DNA of 64,000 nt, taken from the NCBI GenBank assembly GCA_964035545.1, contig OZ037766.1, forward strand, positions 3,286,001 through 3,350,000, in the 5' to 3' direction. Below the pieces are notes generated by a model. It was not told the DNA's origin, did not search any database, and worked only from the letters and a program-made list of their open reading frames with translations. This DNA is from Bugula neritina (taxonomy: Eukaryota; Animalia; Bryozoa). This document shows positions 14,375 through 28,697 of this stretch, piece by piece; within the stretch, counting starts at the first letter, position 1, and every line of letters begins with the position of its first letter. A program made the position numbers and the translations under genes.

Positions 14375-14751
14375 GCAGTCTGCTTGGATGAGTCAGCAAG
14401 TATGATATCCTTAGAGCTGTGCACTAAGTATCCTTTCTTAGTGCTTATTTAGAAAAATCCATGAGTCTAATATTTCAGGTAGCCTGATTTTCAGTACATG
14501 GGAGAAAGATTAGCTGCATTAGAATTTGCATCAGTCCTGCTTGCACTTGTTTGAAGTATTAAGGTTAATTATGACAAAAAAATTACAGCATTATTGGCTT
14601 ATATTGTGTTTATTAACGTAGTTAAGTCGTACTAAGACTACGGTATGATTATAAGATATGGTCAGCTTCAGAAAGTATAAAAAGGCTGAGCTCTGCTTTA
14701 TTTCACCAGATGCTCTGTTGACCTGAACACTTCAACACAACCAGCCAAAAA
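14375..14751 (+). promoter_or_regulatory. Class A promoter and non-coding exon 1 (gene 15321)
   Basis: TGAGTCAGCA 14389-14398, TATA 14676-14683, donor 14752. Confidence 0.7.
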
Positions 14752-15320
14752 GTAAGATTTTTTTCCATGTTAACATCATACATGTAACAGCCATTTGAAA
14801 TATAAGATTAGCTAGGACGTTTGTTGCTTTATCTAATAATGTTTTTTAAATACATTATGTTTAATTTTTTTGTTTTATTGTAAGAAAGACAATTTTTTAC
14901 TCATATATTTTATTTAAATGCATACTAAAACTATAAATGCTTGTACATATATAATGAACAAAAATTCAAGTGTTTTTTTTTTTAAAAACTTGTATATTTA
15001 TAAATATTGAAAAGCATTAAAAGTTTAAAAGATATTACAATAAAACTTTAAATAAATCTAGTTTCTTATGCAATATAGAATGATATGTATCCTTTAAAAC
15101 AATATGACAGACTACATTGTTTGTTGAATTAGGAGTAGATACATTCCATCAATTTCTTTAAAATGAGTTGTGAATATTGTAAACAAAAAGCCTGTAATAA
15201 AAATGTTAAAAACTGTAGCTCTTGATTTTATTATTGGTTGGTAATTGAAATTTTACACTAGAAAGTTGTTGTTTTAAATAATAATTGTATTCTATACATT
15301 GTAGAAACTCAACTGTAAAC

Positions 15321-15566
15321 ATGAAGGTTATTGCAATCCTATTGGCTGTCTGCCTTTCACTTGCTTCTGCTATCTACTACCCATACCACAACCACCATAA
15401 TAAGGGCTACGGACCTTCTAATTATGGTTACCATGGACCATCTAACTATGGTTACTATGGTAACCAAAACAAAGGTCATGGACCTTATGGGTACTACAAC
15501 AACCACAACAAACATCATCCAAAGACTGGCTTTTCTGGTTCAGCTAACTTTGGTTTTGGAAAATAA
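15321..15566 (+). CDS. Secreted class A peptide precursor (81 aa), in the palindrome spacer
   Basis: Same signal peptide and GPSNYGY repeats. TATA 14676-14683; predicted introns 14752-15304 and 15594-15745. Confidence 0.9.
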   Translation: MKVIAILLAVCLSLASAIYYPYHNHHNKGYGPSNYGYHGPSNYGYYGNQNKGHGPYGYYNNHNKHHPKTGFSGSANFGFGK

Positions 15567-16976
15567 GCAGAATATTGCTCACCAACTGACTAAGTGAGTG
15601 TACCTACAACTATCAATAAAATATTGACTGTGGGTCTATCAAGTTAATAAAGATTGATCACTTTAAAGTGCATATGATAAATTTGAGCATATGAAGCTAG
15701 TTATAATACCCTGTATTATTATACCTTCTATTTTCCATTTTGTAGGTGCATGACTCCTGATATATTGAAGCTTGTTTCTTTCTAATTCTTCTGGATTGCC
15801 CAAATAAGAAAAACCTGTCTTATGCAGAAATTCTATTAATGAGCTGCCATTCTGTTTATTACACCTTTGCATTGTAAAATATGTGCTTTTTGATTCTGTT
15901 GATATCTTCAATAAACTAAAATCAAAATAAAAAACCTAAATTTCATTTTTATTTTACACCATTTTTGTTTTGTTACATTTAGTCAAAAGTAAAAGGAAAG
16001 ACCATATGTAACTAAAAAAATATCAGTGACAGCATGGTAATTAAAACTTTACATTTGTGGGCGACATTATTTAAAAAAAATTGAGAACTGGATTTAGTAA
16101 ATTGAATAAACTATATTAATTGTTTAGAACATTTGATATTATAATACAAATGTTTCCTCTTAATTAAGTGTCTTAATTATTATTTTTCCTAATTTCTATA
16201 TATATATATATATGCGGCTTTTGATGGCTGCTACAAGCAAGTCTGCTACTCTTTTTATCACATTGGATAACCAACTGGTTGGGCTAAATGTTTAAGAAGT
16301 AAATACAATTCAACAGCTGTTATAAACAATTTTTGTAATTTTGAATTGATTTACTATTTATTTTCTGACTATAGAGCATGATTCTCTAGAACATAATTTT
16401 CATAATATATGTCATGATGCAATAGCTCTGCTAGACTATCATTGCTAACTAAAGAAAAACATGTTTTAACAAAGTTATAACTCTGATAAGCAAGGCCTTT
16501 TATAAAATATCGAACATATAAAGTAGAGCAAAAATTGTTTAATATAATTCACCAAAGTTGTCTCAAAAAGATATGATAAATCTAAAATAATAAAGTGAGA
16601 GTTTTTTATAATCTGTCTTTTACTGAGTATTTTTTTTACAAATATAGGACAATTTAAAAAGGTTAACTAGGTAATGGACTTTCAATTTAATCATGTAACA
16701 TCGTTACACATTTGAGCTCTTCAAGTAAATAATTTCAGTATTGCATTGTTTTTGAAGAAGTAAGTGTTGAATATCTTAGTCTAAACATAAAAATATTTGT
16801 CTAGTTTCTGCACACTAGTAGCTATATGTAACCGCCACAAACTATTCAACTATATGGTACTCCATTAACTGCAACAGATGTTACATACACTAGTTATAAA
16901 CCCCAAGGTAACATGCCAAGGATATTATGTTACCTGCATGAGGTAGTCAAGTGATGACTATATACATACTATAATA

Positions 16977-16989
16977 TGTGTGTGTGTGT

Positions 16990-17037
<48 letters not shown>

Positions 17038-17070
17038 TGGTTGTATATGTGTGTGTGGTGTGTGTGGTTG
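16977..17070. repeat. (TG)n microsatellite
   Basis: Direct reading. Confidence 0.95.
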
Positions 17071-18451
17071 TATGTTTATTTGTTAATCATATATATGTTA
17101 TTTCATATCAAACTCACAATACTAGGGAGATCTAAAACTGTTTTATCAGTCTTGTTTATTGAGCTGCCATATAAGGTGCAGAAATATTAAAATGTATAGC
17201 TGAACGCAGCATAAACTGCCAAATGGACGCAACTATCAATGTAGTATTTTCTCATCCAAGTGTGTGATTTAGAATAGTGGTAATTAATGTTAAACTTATT
17301 TAAAGATAAATGTATAACTAATTTAAAGTCACTTTACAACTTGCTTTTTTGCACATTTTTATAATTGCAGTCAAGTAGTGGTGTTGTATGTATAGATGGA
17401 TTTAAATGTTGTTTGATCTGTTGAGATGTTTTTACACATACATAATAAAATGTTTATTTTAGTATATTATAATATAATATGAATAATAATTCTTATACCT
17501 ATAGCAAATTATATATTTTACCCAGAGTTCCATAGTATAAAAATTATACAGATCTGGTAATGGAGGAATATTTTAACATCTCAGAGACTGTGTTGCTAGG
17601 AAGGAGTTTTGATGATGCAAAAAGATTTACCTTGATGACTCAGCAAAAATGACTCCTGTAAAGCTGATCACGGAGTGTGCTTGTCTTTGCTTCCTTCAAC
17701 AAAATCATGCCACCACTTCAAGAAGCACGATCAGCAAAGTTGAGAGATTAATTGGATTAGAATGTGACAGAAGAATTGTCAAACTAAGAGCCTCATCAGG
17801 AAATACCTTGCTTAGATGACAAAATAGACAAGTCATGTAATTTGTATTAAATCTTAAAGAATCATCTAGTTCTAAGAGATATCAGAATAACATATATATG
17901 TCTTATTAATTTTTTCATGTCATAATTTTTGCTATAAGGTCTTAATAAATTTAAGCACTATAATCTACTTTGCAAGCTCAAGCTGCAAGGCTTTGCTTTT
18001 AGATACATATAATAATTTGAACATCATTATTTTAACTAATATATCAAATTTTGAAAAGATATATAAACACAAGTGCTTCAGTGGTAGAATCTATTCACCA
18101 CAATTACCAACAAAAATATTTTTGGAATATAAGCTTTAATGAAATTTCCTATAGCTTTTTCTATTTTTACATCTCCTATAGGGTTTTTTGATGGTGGGCT
18201 CTATAAATGCTAGGAATACAATTTTTAGTTAAAAGAACCCAAGTAAAGTTAAATTGACAAGATTTGTTTTTTTATTCACCGTTTATAAAGGATACAATAC
18301 AACGAAGTTTATTGAGCATATATTTTTATCTTGCATATGCATGTGTATATTCAGCACTATAGTGAACAATAATACCATGTTATTAAATATAGTCCTCTGC
18401 TATATCCCAGTCTGGTTCACTATATCAAAAAGTAATAGTTAAAGTGGTAAC

Positions 18452-18564
18452 ACTCACTCATAGCAATATACTGCAGTTTCAATTGGAATGGTTTATTTTC
18501 CCAAATCAAAGTTCAACCCAAAAAAGCTAGTCCTTGAATGATGTTTGTTCTGGTTATTGTAGAA
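18452..18564 (-). pseudogene. Mirror copy of the 5'-deleted class A pseudogene fragment
   Basis: Reverse complement matches 11663-11776 with the same truncation point. Confidence 0.8.
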
Positions 18565-20534
18565 TACATATAAATGAATGATTATGCTTTTTTTGAAGCA
18601 ACTAATAAACAGACAATAAAACAATAAGCTGTATTTGAGTTCTAGCACAACATAGTTTTCAAAGAAAAATATTCAATTCTAAAAAAAATTTTTTGATTAC
18701 AACATATTATACTATTTTAATGCTATGTATATTATCACCATATTGCAATATTTTTAACACGCAATTGCACTTGCTTTGGTACTATAGATTGCATAGAAAT
18801 TAGAAACGTGATTATGCCATAGTATAAGAAGATTATAACGTATGACATGGCATATATTAATTATAGATAATCTTGCTCTAGACCAATCGGGAATTGGTTC
18901 TAAGGTTTGATATCTTAGTATAGAATAAATCAAATATGTATAGCCCTTGAACTGGTGGCCGGACAATCTGCTCAAAACACAGCAGAAAAAAATTGTCCTA
19001 TAATATTTCAAGAAATTCTAGATGATATAAAGTAACACACACAAAAATGGTAAATTTATGTTTTGAAGTAAATATGAATTCTCTTGCTAAATTGATTTGA
19101 TTTGCATATTTTTATGTTTTTTATTTTAATTGCATATAATAACATAATTTGGTCTTTCTATATCTATATAAGAACTATTCAAATACTGAAAATACTTTGC
19201 GCAAAGATAATGAAAAAATACATTAAACATTTTATGGTCGTAATCAAAATACTTATTTTTAAAGTGAGGTGAGCTATTAAAACTTATGCAAAAATTGTTT
19301 TCAATATTTTGAGCACCTCAATAATTATTTTCAAAGTAAAAACAGAAATTTTGTGAATGTATTTTTAAAATTTGTACACTATTGATTCATCTAAAAAAAC
19401 TATAGTAGATCCGAAATAAGCAGCACCATAATTTTGGATTGGCAGATATTCTCTGAACACGCATTTATATATCTTGAATTTATAGTTGAATATATTTTGT
19501 TTGGGACTAAAAGCACTGACAAATGTAATGAGTGAGAGACCTTATTTGAAGATTATGCAATGTGAAAATATGAAATGAAAAGCTCAATTCTGGTTAAATT
19601 ATTCTACAGATCATAACTATCATGTCTCAATAAATAATTCATTTATTTCAATCCTAAACAATTGACATGTGAAGTTTGATATATTTAGCCTTCTCTGTTG
19701 ATATAAGGAAATTTTAGTTTAATGAAAAGTCAGAAACTATTTTCTATAACTGTTACAAAATTCGTATTATAGATATGAAGAAGCAGTACATGTATGTTAT
19801 TATTTAATACTGAATTATAAAAACTTGTGAAAATTTCACTTCAAGACGCAATATTGCATCAAAAAGAAAATTAAATAAAGCAAGTCTCAATCTACTGCAT
19901 TATCCCAGAACAGCACCATAAGTGATTGATGTAGCTTATTAATATAATATTAAACATAGAAATGCATCACTAATTTTAATTGTTGTGTAAAAACAAACTA
20001 TACACTTTTGTTCACACTATATATACGAGGTTACTAAGGATCGAATAGTGTTTATGGACCATAGAGGTAATTTATTCTTTGATAAAAACTTCAACAACAA
20101 CTAAAATTCGGATCTAGCTAATTGAAAATTTTAGAATGAGGTCTACATTTATAAGAACGATTATAATATAATCATTTCAAAGTATGTAATAATTTGAGTG
20201 ACAAATGTGAGATTATAACAAGTTGATAATAGTTTTGTAGGAAAGTTGAGTGTTATAATATGTTCTACTAATGTTGTGAGAAAATTATTTTTTAAACTTC
20301 ATAACTCTATAGAGCATACCTTTAGAATGTTGCAGGAAGCCTGCAAGAAGTTGCTGATATTTACAGCATAGATTAATGTAATATAAGTTATAATCATATG
20401 TTGTTGCTAATAAAAATTTCAAAAAACTTCAACTTCCAAAGAGGACCTAAAATCAATAATATTGAAGGGACAATTTCAAGCTGACTACAATACCAGTCCT
20501 TGCTTTTATTATATATCAAAATTAAATTTTAAAG

Positions 20535-20538
<4 letters not shown>

Positions 20539-20611
<73 letters not shown>
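20539..20611. repeat. (TA)n microsatellite
   Basis: Direct reading. Confidence 0.95.
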
Positions 20612-20617
<6 letters not shown>

Positions 20618-21236
20618 GAAAGTTTGGAGTTTATTATATATAGTGCTCTGCTATTTAGTCAGTGTTGCTAGAAACACCAAGGTTAAGGCTTTGTAGTTTT
20701 AAGTTATTTATAGGAATATATTGAAATAGTAGGTCTGTATTCTTTCGGCTATATTATAAGTTCGCAATGCTATTATATAATGCTCTTTTCGTTAAAAATT
20801 GTTTAAAAAAACAATTACTTTTATGAAATAATAATAGTTTATTAAAGTTACAGAAATAGAGCTGAAAGTTTCATAATTAAAAGATATATAACAACATCGT
20901 GCAAATGGAGCAGCAATATAATAATATTTTATAACAAAGAAGCTTTAAAATTTACGTAGTTAGGACAAATGAGAAGAATAAGGAGATCCAGATTTCAACA
21001 TCAGGAGTTACCTGCAAAGTAAATTTTAAAAAAATTAATGTGATTTTTTCAACTTGCTGAAATATTCTGCAGACACAATAGTGTATTCAGCACTAGATAG
21101 TAATAAAATCATGCTATTAATCATAGATTTCTACTACATCAATACATCCCAGTTCAGTCCAATACACCGTAAAATATTAGCTAAATGCTGTAACACTCAC
21201 TCAGGGCAATACATACACTGCCATTTCAAGAATGGT

Positions 21237-21482
21237 TTATTTTCCAAAACCAAAGTTATTAGAGCCAGAAAAGCCAGTATTTGGAAGACGTTTGTTGTGG
21301 TTGTTGTAGTACCCATAGGGTCCGTGACCTTTGTTTTGGTTACCATAGTAACCATAGTTAGATGGTCCATGGTAACCAGAGTTAGAAGGTCCGTAGCCCT
21401 TATTGTGGTAGTTGTGGTTTGGGTAGTAGATAGCAGAAACGAGTGAAAGGCAGACGGCCAATAGAATTGCAATAACCTTCAT
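21237..21482 (-). CDS. Secreted class A peptide precursor (81 aa; variant with KRLPN replacing KHHPK)
   Basis: Intact ORF. TATA 22019-22026; predicted introns 21499-21950 and 21012-21200. Confidence 0.88.
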   Translation of the reverse strand: MKVIAILLAVCLSLVSAIYYPNHNYHNKGYGPSNSGYHGPSNYGYYGNQNKGHGPYGYYNNHNKRLPNTGFSGSNNFGFGK

Positions 21483-21950
21483 GTTTACAGTTGAATTTCT
21501 ACAATATACATAGAATAAAAGTTTAGCAAAAGTTTTTTTATTGCAAAATGCTTAACAAATAACTTCAAGTTTTAAATTTTTGCATTCACTATTTACTTTA
21601 AAAAAACCAAAATACTTCTACTCTTAAATAAACGTTGTTACTTTTCTTATTGACTTGAAGTTTACAGAGCACTCTATTAATGTTTTAAATATTTTTAAAA
21701 ATAAACCTGAATATTTTTTGATCATTTTATACCACTGTTTATGGTTTTAACATGCATTTAAATTAAAAATATAAACTTGTATAATTTTTTTCAGCAATAA
21801 AAACAATTGGAAACGTAGTTTATTTTCTAGCATTACTAAATAATAAAACTAACACACATTGGTTCTTGTTCTTGTTCATGTGTTTATTTTGGTCCTACTC
21901 CTATGTATTCAAATTGATAGAATAATATTATAACAAAGAAAAGTTCTTAC

Positions 21951-22360
21951 CTTGAGGCTGGTTGTGTTGAAGTGTTCAAGTCAATAAAGCATCTGATAAA
22001 ATGAAACAGACCCAAGCCTTTTTATACCTTCTGAATAATCTGTTGATATCTTTATAAAGTCATACCCAAAATTCATGATGGAGCTATTCTTATAATAATT
22101 GCAAGAAGTCAACATTGCTATAATAATTTGCTTATCATTATTAGCTTTAATATTTCAATCAAATGCAGACAAGAGTTGATGCTCGTCAGCTAAATAATGA
22201 TATAAGTTATAATCCGACTAATCTTTCTCCCAGGATCATTAATCAGGCTACCTGAAGTATTATAGAATCATAAATTTTCCTAAATAGAAAGCAAAACAGG
22301 ATACTTGGTGCACAGCTTTTTGGATGTCACTCTTGCTGAGTCATTCAAGCAGACTTTGCT
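21951..22360 (-). promoter_or_regulatory. Class A promoter and non-coding exon 1 (gene 21237)
   Basis: TATA 22019-22026, TGACTCAGCA 22334-22343. Confidence 0.7.
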
Positions 22361-24489
22361 GCATCGTAACAAAATATTGTCTAAAAAGACTCAATGTTTT
22401 AGGCTAATGTTATAGTTAAGTACAGACAAAAAAGTTTTTTTTCTTATATAGGAATATAATATACAAAAAGTATATATACAATATTCCAATAACTGATTCG
22501 AAATAACATTAAAAATTAATATTAAATTAATGCCTTTCTATATATTATGTGTACATATATTGTTTGAGTGTATTTTCACAGCACAAACTTATAAAAATTA
22601 AAATAAATCAGACTTCGATTACTAAATTTGTTCAGCATAATTATTATTACCACTAAATTTCAAAAAAATTATTTTACTTATAGCTGGCTAGATATATTAA
22701 TTAGTCCAATTTAAAATGTTTAGAGCTACACACAGCAGCACACACGTAACTGAAAAGAAACATATCTGAGATTTTATAGGCAAATACAACTCAAAAAATA
22801 ATTATACTTTTTTCTAAGCAAGTACTATAAAAAATTACAAATAAAAAACAAGCCTTTGTATTTAAGTTCTACCACAACATGATTTGCATGCAGAAAAAAA
22901 ATATTCAATTTTGAAAAAAAAATTTAAATTCCAATATATGTTACTCTAATGTTATACTATTTGGATATTTTTAACATGCAAATGTACTTATTTTTGTACT
23001 AGATTGCATAGAAATTAGAAATGCTAAATATATTGTCTCGCTGTTTATGACACAGTATAATGAGATTATAATATATCATATGACGTAGGGTATTATATAG
23101 TTAATCTTGCTCTAGGCCAATAGGAAATTCGTACTTAGCAATAATATTATAGACTAAATTAAATCTGTATAAACATCTTGAACTGGTACTCAGACAATCT
23201 GCTCAAAAAGCAACAGACAAAAAGTCTTATTATATTTTAAGAAATTCTTGATGATATAAAATTAAAAATATAAAACTTTAATGATGAAAATTATATTTTG
23301 ACAAAAATAGAAATTTTCTTTATGCAATAATTTAATTTGCATAATCTTATGTAGTTTTTGTAATAACTGTCGATACAATTTATAAGTCTTTCCAAATGAA
23401 AAACCATCACGGTCAGTTTATTATATATTTAGCTCATATAATATGACAATAATGTTGCGCTTTAATGCGTTGCAGGACTCCTCAGTACTAACTGTTATCT
23501 TGCTATGTATAGTTACAATTAGCACATAAAATTACCCCATATATATAATAAATTCTTATAATTAGTTTTGAGCAAACTTTAATTTTGGTCCTAACTTGTT
23601 GATGTGTACTAAATAAATTAAAATGATTTTTTTGTGAGTTTGAATAGATCTCTTACCAATTTAAACTGTATAACCGTAAAACTTTTAGCCTAATGTCTTT
23701 TATTATAAATGCTTGAAATATTTTTAGTATTTGAATATTTTTTACACATAGAATAATTTAGTGACATATTAGTTTATGTAATTTAAAACAAGAATATAAA
23801 TTTATGCAAATTAAATCAATTAAACAAAAAGACTGCCTTGTTTAAATAAATAAAGGTTTTACTACGAACTTTTTATTACATAAATATTTTTGAACTACAA
23901 GATTTTTTGACTGCTGTATCTTAAGATCACTTTAGATTATTAGTTTGTCCAACTACAAGTTCAAGAATTTGGCTGTTTTAGTTTATTCTGACTCATAATA
24001 CTAATTAGATCTAGAAAAAGATTAACTGTAATATAATCTTTCAAAATATATTATAATCATATTACATTCTGCTTAAGTAGTTTTTATGCAGTCTAATTTA
24101 TAAAAAAAGCCAAAACGCATGTGAAAATTCTAGCAATTTCATAACAGCATATATCTTTAGAAAGTATAGCATTACTAAGATGCACTTTAGCAACTTATGT
24201 ATCATATGTGACTGAAAGAGCATATTATAATTGATTTAAGTTTTTAAAAAGGTAAAAGAAAAATTATTGATTTAATGGTACACATTGCATATAATTTAAT
24301 ATAAAATATGGCTTCTTATAATAATGACCGTTAATATTATTTCTATTGTTAATTATGAGATACTGTATACATTTTTTGCAAGATATTCTTGATAAAGCAA
24401 ACTGTTTAGTCTTTACTTGGGTATATAATATTAACTTAAAATATCAGATATGTTTATAAGAAATATATGTATATGTACTTATGATACAG

Positions 24490-24884
24490 CAAAGTCTACC
24501 TAAACGACTCAGCAATTGTATGGCATCCTTAAGCTATGCACTAAGTATCCTTTCTTGGTTCTTATTTAGCAAAATCCATGAGTCTAATATTTCAGGTAGC
24601 TTGATCCTCAGCACTGGGAGAAAGATTAGTTGGATTATAATGTGCATCATTATTTAGCTGATGAGCACCAAGTCTTGCCTGCATTTGAGTGAAGTATTAA
24701 GACTGTTGGTGATAAAGAAATTGGAGCATTATTGGCCTGTTGCAGTAACTAAAATAGCTTCGTCATGAGATTAGGGTATGACTTTAAGAGATGGTCAGCT
24801 TCAGAAGGTACAAAAAGGCTCGGGTCTACTTTATTTCATCAGATGCTTTATTGACTTGAACACTTCAACACATCCAGCTTCAAG
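24490..24884 (+). promoter_or_regulatory. Class A promoter and exon 1 (gene 25485), with variant TATA
   Basis: Homologous blocks; TACAAAAA 24809-24816. Confidence 0.65.
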
Positions 24885-25484
24885 GTAAGAACTTTTCTTT
24901 GTTAATATAATTATTATTCTAGCAATTTTTAAAAACGAAGGACTAAAAATTTTAAAATTAAAAAACAATGATCAGAAAGAACATGTATGAAACAATGTCT
25001 ATAGTTTTATTATCTAATATAATGATAAATAGTGAATTATACTTCTTTGTTTTTAATGTAAAAATGACACTGTCACTTTTATTTCTTTTATTTAAACGCG
25101 TATAATAAAACTAAACAAGTGTCTAAAATTATTAGATATTGGTCAAGTTTTTAAAAAGAAAAGACTAAATATATCAAGGTTGAAACTTTTAAAGCATTCC
25201 TTTTTTAGATATTATGTATAAATTTAGTTTGCAATATATAGAAGGTTTTGTAAACTTTAAATTGATAAGAAAAGTTACACTGTTTGTTGATTTAAGAGTA
25301 GAAACACATTCTGTCAATTTCTTTAATTAATAATTTATGAATATTAAAAGTAAAGAGTTGTAATAATGTGGTAAAAAATTTAGTTTTTCATTATATATTT
25401 ATACTGGTTGATTATGGAAATTCTATAATAAAAATTGTTGTGCTAAACTTGTATTCTATACATTGTAGAAACTCAACTGTAAAC

Positions 25485-25730
25485 ATGAAGGTTATATCAA
25501 TCCTATTGGCTGTTTGCCTTTCACTTGCTTCTGCTATCTACTACCCATACCACAACTACCATAATAAGGGCTACGGACCTTCTAACTATGGTTACCATGG
25601 ACCATCTAACTATGGTTACTATGGTAACCAAAACAAAGGTCACGGACCCTATGGATACTACAACAACCACAACAAGCATCATCCAAAGACTGGCTTTTCT
25701 GGCTCTAATAACTTTGGTTTTGGAAAATAA
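25485..25730 (+). CDS. Secreted class A peptide precursor (81 aa)
   Basis: Intact ORF. Predicted introns 24885-25468 and 25763-26045; the TATA position reads TACAAAAA (24809-24816). Confidence 0.88.
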   Translation: MKVISILLAVCLSLASAIYYPYHNYHNKGYGPSNYGYHGPSNYGYYGNQNKGHGPYGYYNNHNKHHPKTGFSGSNNFGFGK

Positions 25731-28399
25731 ACCATTCTTGAAACTGCAGTATATTGCCCTGGGTAAGCATTCAGTTATAATACTTTTGGTATAGGGAACT
25801 GGACTGAGATGTATTGATATATAGTAAAAATCTATCATAATTGATAACATGATGGTATTTATAACTATATAGCGTTGAAATAACAATTACTTCTGCATAT
25901 ATTATTCATGCAAGTTGAAAAATTTACTTCAGTTCGCTTTTTAACAATAATAATGATGATAAAACATTTTTATTATAAAAATTTCATCTTCATAAATTAC
26001 TAATACTATGCAATAATATCAAAATTATTTTTATTTATTTTACAGATAACTCCTGACGTTGAAGCCTTTTGCTCCTAAAATTCTTATGATTTCCTTACTC
26101 TACTTAAAAACTCCTTTTTGATAAAACATTGTTAAGCTGCTGCTCTCTTTATGTTACATATTGTTAGATCTCTGAATTTTGAAACTTGTAACTCTACTTT
26201 TTGCGCTGACTTTAATAAACTAAAATCATATCATTAAAACTATATTTCTCTTTATTTTACAACACTTTATAATGATCAGAGTATTATATAATTGCGCTTC
26301 AGACTTATATATAGATCAGGTTTTATCTTAGTTCAATATTTTAGTATAGAAGAATCTCAAATATGCAGAACCATAACTTTAGTCTTGCTGGCACAACGAA
26401 CTAAAGAGTAGAATGCTACAAATTATAATAGATTCCAAGATTCTTCAGTACTTTTAGAAAGGGGTATTAAAGCAGGCTTTAGCTTGTGTTGTAGTCAGTT
26501 AGAAGTTTTTTTCTCAATAATTTTGTTTTCGAGCCAGATGTTGGTGTTGTAGGCTTAACTAACATGCATTATTTACTTACAAAAACATAAATTGAGCACT
26601 TGACTGACAATATAAATTTATGATTTATATATCAACAAATGTTCTCTGTTCCCTGACACTTTCTAATGGAGGTCCTTAAAGTTATGAAGTTTTAAAAATA
26701 ATTTTACTTGCAAAAACATGTGTAAAACAGAAAATATTAAACTTTGCTACCCTACCTATGCAAGTTAAGCTCTCACATTTTTCACTCAAAATACTACACG
26801 AACTGAAGGTATATATAATGTTATAATCACTTTAATAGATGGAGAAATCAGTTTTTTTTCCTAGATGAGATGTCTTCCCTGACAAATGAGCCCCATCTGA
26901 TAGATCGTATGCCTGTGGAATTATGGAAGAATTAGCATTGCGCAATATAATGGCAGCTGCAGCGATAATATTTGATAAAGTATTGTTGTGCAATGATTGT
27001 TGAAATCTGCCAATATGGGTTCAATTGCTATTATATAAACACAAATTGTTGCAGGAGTTTTTTGTTGTAGCTTTAAGAAAATTATTGTGTGATGAAAGCT
27101 TTTTACTGGTAGTTTTTGTTTAAATGAGTCAGTATTGCTCAATTTTTCTCTTGTCAAAGATGCAGGCAACTTAAACTTTACTGTCCAAATAATCATGTAA
27201 GTATTTCAAGTATCATACTATCTTTTTTTTTAACTTCATTAAATAAATGTTTTGTCAGAAATAGCTGTGTTGATTAATGTTGATTTAACAAAACTTTTTT
27301 ACGGTTATAGGTTACAGTTTGAGTTTTATGAGAGAAATAAACTGTTGGCATTAGGCAAAAAGTTGAGTTGTGTCCTCCATCCATTCACCCTGCATATGTG
27401 TAACCAGTATACAGCATCCGTGCTGACACAGTAACACTTATTTGCTGACACACATGCATGCATTAATATTCTCTGGTTAATGGTGAGGAGAGAGTTGTGT
27501 TGATATGAACCTATGCATAATATTTATAGGGTTAAAATGTTTGCTTTAAGGCACAGCAGGATTTATTTTACTTATGGCAGGTGTATAGTTCCTTAAAAGA
27601 GTAACACATTTATATATAATATAATTATGCTGAGAAGGGTTTTAATACAATATGATCTGCATAAACAAATAGCATTTTATAGTTTGAATTTTTGTGCCGT
27701 TGAGTAAAATCCAGCGGCAAATAGTATAATATGGTTTCTTATCAAAAGTATTTTTATGAGCACCAAGAATAATCTAGCATGATGAGTTTGGAATTTTAGA
27801 TGGAAATGCAGTTGAGAAAGCCAAATTTCATACAGTTAGTAGTGAGTATCCTTTATTCTCCATGGCCTGTGTTTTGATGTTTAAAAACACGAGCAATAAA
27901 TAATCTACTAAATACACCTTCAATCTGAAAACTTCCTAAGTATATTATGTTATAAAAGTTACCTGATACAGTCATAGTACAGTATAAAGTGTTGAAAGAT
28001 TTTTAATTTTTTATGCAGGATTTCCCTTAAACTGTAATATGCCAATTTTGGAGACGCATCTGTTCAGAGAAATTAGTCCTGTTTAATCTGATCAGCAGGA
28101 GTAAATAATACAGACAAGCGTTCCTTAATAAGCCAAAAATGCAATTTAGCAATATATGCAAAGCTCACATGCATCAATGCCATAGATGTATCAATTAGGT
28201 AGCCACTTCTATATCATAATTATTTTATTACTTATTATGTTGTTAAGTTGGAAAGCTAAACTATCAAAAGAGCATAATTATATATATGTTGATATACTGC
28301 ACTAGCTAGGATATGTGCAATAAACAAATCAATTAGAGTTGACATTTCAAAACCTCTGTGCTTCTGTTAAAAAGATGCAGAGACAGACAAACTGATGAG

Positions 28400-28697
28400 T
28401 AAGAAATGCCGCATTTGGCTATTAACGCCGGCCCGTCTGCAGTCACCTGGCCATGTTTATAGACATTGATGACAGGATTAGTGTATTGCCAACATTGCCG
28501 ATGTGCACTTTCAATTAGTAAAACTAATTTATGCAAGAACACAAATAGGAAACAATAAATAATTCCTACATTTTGGCAAGTCATTTAGGTTAATTAGAAA
28601 GTAGTGTGTCCTGTTTGAAAGAAGTATAAAAAGAGAGAAATTTTCAAAATCTTTTATAGAGTTTTATACTTGTTTTACTACAGCATCATTCTCCAAG
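28400..28697 (+). promoter_or_regulatory. Class B1 promoter and exon 1 (gene 29331)
   Basis: TATAAAAA 28625-28632, donor 28698. Confidence 0.6.
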
